Origin: Epithemia pelagica | Lineage: Eukaryota > Protista > Bacillariophyta | Direction: 5' to 3' | Length of the DNA: 64,000 nucleotides | Assembly (NCBI GenBank): GCA_946965045.2 | Contig: OX337238.1 | Location: forward strand, 62,001-126,000 | Shown: in pieces, positions 24,001-30,980 of the stretch | Layout of the letters: every line of letters begins with the position of its first letter | How positions within the stretch are numbered: the stretch's first letter is position 1 | The notes under the pieces: generated by a model | Told to the model about the DNA's origin: nothing | The model's database searches: none | What the model saw: only the letters and a program-made list of their open reading frames with translations | Made by a program: the position numbers and the translations under genes

Positions 24001-24563
24001 CGGCAAGACCGAGGGAGCACACCAAAAGCGCGACCAATGTTGGCAACGATGGACAGAACATCTCGACAGGATTGGATTCGGTCACGACCCACTCCTCGAG
24101 TCCGTCCGAGCAACCAACCACAGAGCCAGCATCGCATGTTCCTTCTTACAAGCCCTCCGTGATGCCGAATACACCAAGAATCGCGACCGCTCGCAACCTC
24201 TTCGAGCAAGCACTCTTAGCCAAGCCATTGGAGACTTGGCATCGTGCTTCCGGCATCATGACCGGCCGAGCCCCTGCCACTGTCAAGACAGCCATCACGT
24301 CCACCCCCTCGTCGCTTCCCTCAAACGCGCGTGGTCAAATCTGGATCCCCCCGAGAAACGAGAAAAAGCCGTTACTGCCAAACATCTCCGCTTTCTCTGG
24401 CTCCACAGTTGTCGCAACACCCGACTCACCAACCCACCACGAGTCTACGACTTCTCCACATTCAAGGCCGTCGTCGCCGACCTTGCCAGCTGTGGGTTCT
24501 TCTTTGGATGTCAAAGCTGTGAACTCACGACCGTACCCCACCGAGGCAAGACCAAGCTCCTAA
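21036..24563 (+). CDS. Ngaro reverse transcriptase / RNase H
   Basis: RLTHDQSF, SKFDWSSAYRRV, LTFGASANP, YLDDMI, VLGWIVDT; RNase H HADSC, LFEYIAI, LSDNSSAV, AEHIPGSKNDVSDILSR. Confidence 0.92.
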   Translation: MIVSSSSNSSSFLRDDSRPTDNSKNIVAESSSYSKPLSPSSPSASNIVASFLPPLATPSSDQKPKIPSTANPFLVHHVTQDYSRYPETRQRELSDLISSVQNQCVITSDSAPKIRSSVDASPTNSTIATNRSQPTSKDLARDSFSVGTPTRPPSPPTSLSENLPSQIAESLPGSSSAIIGSDFSGKPLQRNVKRLEQARKADLNLLGESNIADDTEFRSPSSALCYLPNKISKIFPSRLAPPPLQPISQPIRLSVMLFIADHKPSTPKPSPFRHSIDDSVVLSNATFNSQLIERFDFDMQRVIDSHPDSVITPGSEFRTAQILEPLLAGHPYWSRFHHNITHGVSYPLTAEEDEPARRAENEAILEYGNHASGKKNPEALSKVLRKDASKGFSLPITFNCAKRIKHSQISPMGVAHQLGIDANGDLVPKDRLTHDQSFSLGFCPSTNDLIDQSKLIDLVMGHCLDRVLHQIVALRWKFPTDRILISKFDWSSAYRRVHGDGDVAARNITIDPSNSFAHLNLRLTFGASANPAEFSIVSEIGTDFCNDLADFDEWQPDLCQSPLQEGIGGPKYLPEEVPIVAACELAVSVPPRPHGFHDSYLDDMIQVFLATNPHLGRCPSIVPLVVHLMTRPVAKDEPITRKDMLEADKLEAEGAPAEEQRVLGWIVDTRRLLLRLPKDKLIGWTREVQHLLKTRRTTFHNLRSLIGKLLHATKGIPHASFWLSRLREYQTFIERAFRQKQKAKPPETNKNPKRPRPNRDVPPAFYRYSIPDSIAKDLEMWPSLLQHAHNGILLNRLVCRVPTHLFHADSCPEGMGGYSVRSGRAWRFRIDQARLQALAQLDPSSTNTRTNNLFEYIAIVVSMWVDCWFDGIEENSAVLSLSDNSSAVGWMYKSSFGSDKPLHVQVSKKLTELILHHKFSLQAEHIPGSKNDVSDILSRHWHLNDNELTLFLHENFMSQIPENFHINPLPNEILCWISSIVPACPESSSARPREHTKSATNVGNDGQNISTGLDSVTTHSSSPSEQPTTEPASHVPSYKPSVMPNTPRIATARNLFEQALLAKPLETWHRASGIMTGRAPATVKTAITSTPSSLPSNARGQIWIPPRNEKKPLLPNISAFSGSTVVATPDSPTHHESTTSPHSRPSSPTLPAVGSSLDVKAVNSRPYPTEARPSS

Positions 24564-25321
24564 CCATCGGCGACGTCGTCTTTTACAAGGCAAAGAAACA
24601 TGAAACAATCGCCGCAAATCATCCAGACTTCCACCACCTTGCGAAATACGTATCAATAACCTTTCGCGAACAAAAGAACAACCACAAAGCTGAAACTCGC
24701 ACCCAGAGCAGAACGAATGACCCAATCCTCGACCCCGTCCTCCTCTGGGGCCGCGTCATTCGTCGGATCCTCCACTACCGTCCGAAAGCTCCCCCATCCA
24801 CGACAGTAAATTGCTGGTTTGACCCATCCAACCCATCCCTTCCCCCATGCTTTGTCCGACAAGAAGACACTCGCAACCTGCTACGCGAAACCTGTGTATG
24901 GGGCGGCGGATTCAACGCCTTTGGCTACCACCCAATGGATATCGGCACGCACTCTCTCAGATCAGGAGCCGCCATGGCCCTGTTCCTGGCTGATTGTTCC
25001 GTCGTCAAGATCATGATTCTTGGTCGATGGAGTTCGACCGCCTTCATGAAATATATCCGACCACAGGTTCTTGAATGGACCACGGGCATGGCCCAATTAA
25101 TGCTCAACACCACCGACTTTCGGCATGTTGACAACTCAACAACAGCTTCCCGCATCGCCTCCTTGGAACAACTGCGGAACCGACTCGACAACCTCGTTGA
25201 TCCGGCCCTTCAAACGAACAGCGAGACTGCTCTCGAATCACCGGATGAAAACCTCTTTAACACCTTCAATGGCCAAGATCCCCAACATCACTTCCCCACC
25301 ACTCTCCATCTCGACTTCTAG
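23957..25321 (+). CDS. Ngaro tyrosine recombinase (first catalytic Arg appears replaced by Gln)
   Basis: FFFGCQSCEL (family pattern FFxxRSxEY), FREQKN, GTHSLRSGAAMAL, IMILGRWSS, FMKYIR. Confidence 0.9.
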   Translation: MLDLLDRASVSRIFFGKTEGAHQKRDQCWQRWTEHLDRIGFGHDPLLESVRATNHRASIACSFLQALRDAEYTKNRDRSQPLRASTLSQAIGDLASCFRHHDRPSPCHCQDSHHVHPLVASLKRAWSNLDPPEKREKAVTAKHLRFLWLHSCRNTRLTNPPRVYDFSTFKAVVADLASCGFFFGCQSCELTTVPHRGKTKLLTIGDVVFYKAKKHETIAANHPDFHHLAKYVSITFREQKNNHKAETRTQSRTNDPILDPVLLWGRVIRRILHYRPKAPPSTTVNCWFDPSNPSLPPCFVRQEDTRNLLRETCVWGGGFNAFGYHPMDIGTHSLRSGAAMALFLADCSVVKIMILGRWSSTAFMKYIRPQVLEWTTGMAQLMLNTTDFRHVDNSTTASRIASLEQLRNRLDNLVDPALQTNSETALESPDENLFNTFNGQDPQHHFPTTLHLDF

Positions 25322-25365
25322 CCCAGCTGGACATCGTTGGATTGTAATATCGGGTTTGATGGTAG

Positions 25366-25539
25366 TGGAGCCATTTTTTGGTTTCAGAGGCCTTCGGCAA
25401 AACTATGTGTCTATCGTTTAGATTTAGAATCTTGTTTACAAATCTCAACGGACCAAGTTTTCGGTGACAGAACCGACTGCGATCTCTCAGACAGACCGAA
25501 ACGGCACGTGCCAAGGATGTTTGTCGTAGTGTCTCTTCG
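25366..25539 (+). repeat. Ngaro repeat B1 (174 bp)
   Basis: Matches 25809-25982 with one A/G difference (ctctcagaca vs ctctcggaca). Confidence 0.95.
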
Positions 25540-25787
25540 GTGTCTGTACTGGGTGGAGTGACGTGGCCGATGCTGGCCAGACTCCGCGACCGACAACAGA
25601 GGTGCGACTGCTCCGCCTCCTCGACGCGAGGCGAGCATCCGATTTGATTCCCACAATCGGAAGTTTTAGGATGACCCTAATGCAAAGTCGTTGGAGCGTG
25701 AGAAGAGCTCACTCTTCTTGGGTTCAGCATCTTTGCAACGACTACGAGACGAGTTCGAGATCGCAACGATTCTAGTTAGCTAATCTT
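25538..25787 (+). repeat. Ngaro repeat A2 (250 bp)
   Basis: Direct copy of A1, abutting B1. Confidence 0.95.
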
Positions 25788-25808
25788 AAAATTTCCCCTT
25801 CCCCGCCC

Positions 25809-25982
25809 TGGAGCCATTTTTTGGTTTCAGAGGCCTTCGGCAAAACTATGTGTCTATCGTTTAGATTTAGAATCTTGTTTACAAATCTCAACGGACCAAG
25901 TTTTCGGTGACAGAACCGACTGCGATCTCTCGGACAGACCGAAACGGCACGTGCCAAGGATGTTTGTCGTAGTGTCTCTTCG
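25809..25982 (+). repeat. Ngaro repeat B2 (174 bp), right terminus
   Basis: Direct copy of B1, separated from A2 by a 21-bp spacer. Confidence 0.95.
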
Positions 25983-26371
25983 CGGTCGCGGCTTCGAGTT
26001 TGTGAACACAAAAACAAACGTCGCAAGACCAATGTGCTTGTAGCTTTGTGCCTGTTCCGACGCCGAGGCAATCCCCGGTGTCGGTGTCGTTCGATCTACA
26101 ATCAGGATAGCTAGGAACATCATTGGAGTAGACACATGTCTTTTGGAACTAGAAGTACCGCAATGTCTCCGTGGTCGATGATGCAACTTGTTCGGTAGGG
26201 GTGTTGCAATCGCAGTGGTTGTCGCGGGAAACCTCCACCGACACATATCGGAATGTATCCTGCTTCCATCCGTGTACTCCATTGTTTGGGGATCAGCCGC
26301 TCTTGTTCGTAAACACGCTCTTTGAAAAACACGACAACCTGGGACTTGGTATTCAATGACAGTCGTTCCTC

Positions 26372-26372
<1 letters not shown>

Positions 26373-26414
<42 letters not shown>
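26373..26414. repeat. (CAA)14 microsatellite
   Basis: Directly visible. Confidence 0.9.
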
Positions 26415-26526
26415 GAGACCGTGCTTTTTGTTTGGATTTTGGATCGGTCGTCCTTTGTGTCTGCGTCATCTAGAACGCATTACAGTCGCGCATTATCAGG
26501 ATGAGGCGCCAGGGGATTACTAATAC

Positions 26527-26589
26527 CTAGGAGTACTCCTAGTAGAGGAGTAAGTAAGTAGGTGTTGATGTTTTCTAGGAGTACTCCTA
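26527..26589. promoter_or_regulatory. Pair of perfect palindromes (C)TAGGAGTACTCCTA(G); function unknown
   Basis: 16-bp palindrome at 26527-26542 and 14-bp palindrome at 26576-26589. The sequence is certain; a regulatory role is inferred only. Confidence 0.3.
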
Positions 26590-26903
26590 AGTCCCACCTA
26601 ATCGATCCTCAAGAAGATTGAAATCTTTCTCCAATCAACTAGAAACAGAAGCTATGGCTTCATCGTACGAGTGTTCCGGCCAGCAAAAGTAAAATTAAAA
26701 TTAAAGATATCATAGATTTTCTAATGTCACACACGAAACACAAGATTGATCGAAACAGGGGTCATGGGCCTTGCAATACTTCAGTGATCCATGATTTCAG
26801 TTCAGTGAAAGTGTCTTTCTGTTGTGTTTGCCCCAAAAACAACACTCAAACTCTGCAACATCTCACAGGAACATACCCTTGGCCAGTTCATTTCCTTTAA
26901 GGT

Positions 26904-28193
26904 TTACGGATAATTAAAGGTACACCAAAAATCAAATCCATACGGCGATCCGTCTCCTTCCCATTGACAATGATCTGTCCAATGCCATCCATCACCTCCT
27001 GAACAAGACTTGGCAAGTGGAGTAAGGCAACAATCATCTTGATCACATTCGTTCTCATCCCATGCATCCGCGTACGTGTCATGACTGCATTTCGTTGTTT
27101 CCTTGTGCGCGTCCTCCTCGCAGATGGTTGATTTACACACCGCCAAAGCACGGGCCGTTGGCGACCGCCTTGGACGAGAATCTTTGTGTGACGGCGGAGC
27201 ATCATAAAATCCTTGCTTTACCACGGCATGAAACTCATGAATCGGATGAGAAGGGTGTCCTTTTTGAAGTCTTCGACCAGGCGACACAGACCAAGAGCGT
27301 CGGCCATTGCTGTCCGTCACCTCCTTGCATTCGTATTGAAAGTCGGTACACATTGGATCCGACCCATCATCGCGTCCAAAACAAACAGTGTCGTAAAAGG
27401 AACCGTAGCTGCTACCGCTCGCAGAAACACCCACTGTGACCACCGAAAAATTTTGCCCTTCTCCATTTTCTACCACAATCGTGGTCTTGGTGCCTTCCAT
27501 GGTACGATTCATGAGACGGGCGGCATCGTGCATGTTAATGCATACCTGTGAATCTCCATTGGGCAATGTCACTCGAACCGCTCGAATCGAAGAGCCCGAG
27601 GAGCGGATCACAACCGGTGTATTCTTGCCCTTGACCACCATAACACCCGTACTTTCATTTACAGTAGTGTCCTTGGCCAAGCGCGCGGCGGCAAAGGCGG
27701 TTCCTAAATTGGAGAGGGCCAAGATAATGACTGCTCCAAATAAGGCCAGTACCCAAAACCGGAGCCTGCTGTTGACATCACGCAAGGACATGGTCTGTTC
27801 CACAATGCTCGCAACTTGTTCATTCGTCAATTGGCCTTGTCCGTGCGTATCCATGTCACGCATGGTTTGCTCCGCCGGTGTCAAAAAGCCCTTCTTGCCC
27901 ACGTCGTAATGCTTCGATGTAACTGACAATTGCTTGGGCGGCAGGGAACGCGATGCAAATGCGAGGGAACGCGATGCAGACATGGTGGTGGAAGGCGGAT
28001 TCGTACTGTATCTGAGAGCGCCATTGGGAGAAGAAACTGAACTGCTTGGAGCCTGCTCTTTGGACAAGGAGGAAGAGGAAGAAGAGATCTTGGTCGGTGA
28101 GGATGGATCTTCTCGAGGGGCAAGCTCCGTGTCTTCAACACTGGAATCTTCGGGGATGGATTCAATGTGACTTGGGGCTCGTTGAGGATCCAT
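26904..28193 (-). CDS. Uncharacterised single-pass membrane protein with EF-hand-like motif and Cys-rich C-terminal domain
   Basis: 429-aa ORF from ATG at 28193. Ser-rich N-terminus, MDTHGQGQLTNEQV (EF-hand-like), TM FWVLALFGAVIILALSNLGTAFAAA, C-terminal Cys/Trp/Asp-rich domain. Confidence 0.75.
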   Translation of the reverse strand: MDPQRAPSHIESIPEDSSVEDTELAPREDPSSPTKISSSSSSLSKEQAPSSSVSSPNGALRYSTNPPSTTMSASRSLAFASRSLPPKQLSVTSKHYDVGKKGFLTPAEQTMRDMDTHGQGQLTNEQVASIVEQTMSLRDVNSRLRFWVLALFGAVIILALSNLGTAFAAARLAKDTTVNESTGVMVVKGKNTPVVIRSSGSSIRAVRVTLPNGDSQVCINMHDAARLMNRTMEGTKTTIVVENGEGQNFSVVTVGVSASGSSYGSFYDTVCFGRDDGSDPMCTDFQYECKEVTDSNGRRSWSVSPGRRLQKGHPSHPIHEFHAVVKQGFYDAPPSHKDSRPRRSPTARALAVCKSTICEEDAHKETTKCSHDTYADAWDENECDQDDCCLTPLAKSCSGGDGWHWTDHCQWEGDGSPYGFDFWCTFNYP

Positions 28194-28313
28194 ATTATAA
28201 TAATACAATTTGATGAGCGTTGTAGATCGCGTTGACGTCTCGTGTTACGTATTCGTTGGAGTCGATGAGTGTTCTTTCACAAGCAAAGCAAGAAAGGCCC
28301 TTGACCTTCAGGC

Positions 28314-29089
28314 CCTGTGTCCAGGGAATGTGTTTTCGAGGTCTGAAATCGAGTTTCGAGTTTTGAGGTGGGGCTCTGTCCCTACCTTGAAACAACGATC
28401 TGGATGTACGTGTCCAGGTAAAAACTGTATTTTCGAGTTTCGAGTTTCGAGTTTTATTTTTCAATACTCGTGCACTCCCATGCTTCCCCCCTACCGGCGC
28501 ATGAACGAGCACAACGGCAATTGACAATGACGACAAACAAATGTCGCTTGAGTACTCCTAATTCCTAATATCACATTGCATAACGGGAGAAGGTAGAATA
28601 TTTGTAGAGCCCGTCCATGGAGCAGGATGCGGGCTTTGTTCCGTAACCATGTCATCTATGGAGAGATGAGAACTATTTGCTTTTGACCATTGACAGTGGT
28701 TGTGACCATTACTTCCATGGCAGCGACAGGTTAATAATACTTGCTTATTTTCTAGAGAAGCTCCTACTTATATCACATCAATCATTGTGCTACTATTGTC
28801 TATGATGGACAAGAGAGATTGCCTCGTTGTTGTTGTCGGAGAGATCGAAATGAGAGACAGAGAGCCCGGCGGCTGAAAGGTGGGTTTTGTAGGAGCGCGT
28901 GGGGCTCTTTGCAAACCTCGAAACTCGAAACTCGATTTCAGAATCTTGGCAAGGTCGTTGGGGGATTGCCAAGATTTGGGGGATTCGAGGTTGTGTTTTC
29001 GAGTTTTCAAGGGGACCATAACCTATTGGCTCAACCTCAAAACTCGAAACTCGATTTCAGAACTCAAAAACACATTCCCTGGACACAGG
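28314..29089. mobile_element. MITE/foldback-like element bounded by 56-bp inverted repeats
   Basis: 28314-28369 is the reverse complement of 29034-29089 (about 2 mismatches); internal copies of the aactcgaaactcg motif near 28430, 28916 and 28995. No clear TSD, no coding capacity. Confidence 0.6.
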
Positions 29090-29558
29090 TCCTCTCCTCT
29101 AGGTTACGGCTACGCGAATGTCGTGCTTTGGGGATGTGGAGGCATGCGTCTTTGCTCTTTGTACCCGTCGCCCGTGCCGCATTCTTGATCGTCGCCGCAA
29201 CGTGCATTTCCCTGGAACATTGCGAAATTGCCTTTTGCGCCTGATGGTCCGCAACGTCGACAAGATGACACTCGTAGCAGTGGCTCGTAACAGGTAGAAC
29301 TGTAGCTTAAACTGTTGACCTCTATAGATACAATCAATTAGCATCCAAATAGACAACTAGAACATTCATTAGCAACCGAATAAGATTGAGTCGCAGAACT
29401 AGTAGCTACAGAGTTTAAAAATTTGTCCAAGACCCAAGACATAGAGTTGGTGTGAGCGACTCGGGGATCAGCACAGAATCATTGCTAAGAAGGCTCAAGC
29501 TAAAAATTCAAACCGGGATATTGGAAGGCTGTCCCTTGACCTCAACAAAGGCTCTGTA

Positions 29559-30728
29559 TCGGTGACGACCTCTAAACCGTACGTACGTCGTCCGCACAGA
29601 ACTCTGTCCTTCTCCCCCATAAAATCTCCCAAAAGCAAATCGTCATGTAGAATGGCCGGCGTGCAAGTGACAGTTGAAGGTTGGCGTGCGTCCTCTGATC
29701 AACACGATTCAAATTCCAGACGCTCGCGAGCGACAGCTCATAAAAATCGTGAGAGCAAAATCTGGAGGGCCCTATGCCCTATCACGGTACCGGTAAGACC
29801 AACGGCCATGGCACATGAACCGCGGACGAATCATTGTAGACTGTAGACAGAGCGCGTCTTTCCTTCAGTTGTTGTTTGTGCCTTCTGTTTCTTCTTAGGA
29901 ATCATAGATTGATAGTGTTTTTGCCCATTTTCTCATTGTAGGGCTTGTCACATCCATGGTTCGAGTTGTCTACGAGGTAGGGGACGATATGGTTTCTTCT
30001 TACTCTTAGGAGTAGCAATCCAAGTTGTAGATGGCAAACTACATGCAAGTGATTGTCACCACTTTCTTTCTACCCTATTGCTCGCTGAGACAAATTCTTA
30101 GTGTTTGCTGTATCTTCTTCAAGGTGAAGACGAGGAGAAGGAGAAGAAAAAAGACACAAGAGAACCCCTGGTAGAGCAGGACACACCACCATTGACCTTG
30201 ATATTTACCCCTATGATAATATAAAGAACAGGAATTCTACCTAGACTAGCATCAGAGTAAAAGGGCTACAAATGAATCAATCATTATGACTACAGGCGAA
30301 ATTGGACTGGTGAAAAGTGAGACGTTGCAACGAGTCAAGAAAATCGGACTCATGGGGTGTATGCAAACAAAAACAACAGGGAGGGACTATTGAGATGTTT
30401 ATCCTTAGCCCACTCGCAGCTCTGTCTTTCTTGACGTACCTGGGTTGCATGGAAGCTGAAAAATCATGCCATTGCCAGAATTGCCATGGACATGGCCGCT
30501 GTAATGGAGGTTTGTTTTTTTATAGAGTGGATGCGGAATTCGTGCACCAACCACCAACGGCAACCGTCATGCACGCTGGGCCGCTCAAACTGATTTGAAA
30601 TGTGACAAGGAAATACCGGCGTCTCTTTTCTGATTTTTTATGGAAAAAAGGAGTTGAATCGAGAAAAAAATCTCCATTCGGGGGACAGTTTGCGGACGAC
30701 GTACATACGACTTAGAGGTGGTCACCGA
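29559..30728. repeat. 38-bp imperfect inverted repeat pair bounding about 1.17 kb (possible old non-autonomous element)
   Basis: 29559-29596 vs reverse complement of 30691-30728, 34/38 identical by eye. Confidence 0.55.
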
Positions 30729-30980
30729 ACCGAAACATGACACGTCATCATTTTGCGGGTGTCTCAGGTTTTGTTTCAACAAAAAGCAAAAAGCGATTTC
30801 GATTTTTGTTGGCAACAAAAACCGGATCTCGCCGTCATCGCGGACTTCCCACCATTTCAGGTAATAGATTGGATAAACAGCAAAGAGTGTGGATGTTAGT
30901 TTAGGTTCTATTCTATCCTAGGACTGGGAGTGTTCTACTTCCCGCTCGCTAATGCGCAGGCTGGCGTGTCTTCGGACGGA

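Larger units (their letters stand above)
18086..25982 (+). mobile_element. Ngaro-type tyrosine-recombinase (DIRS order) retrotransposon, full length, with split direct repeats
   Basis: Architecture A1-[gag-like][RT/RNaseH][YR]-B1-A2-B2. RT YLDD, RNase H D-E-D-D pattern, YR HSLR/GRW/Y motifs; YR ORF overlaps the end of the RT/RH ORF. Confidence 0.93.

Noticed and set aside
18086-25787. A1/A2 as ordinary LTRs of a Copia/Gypsy element
   Set aside because: No integrase, protease, PBS or TG...CA ends; a tyrosine recombinase and the extra B1/B2 pair define a split-direct-repeat element.
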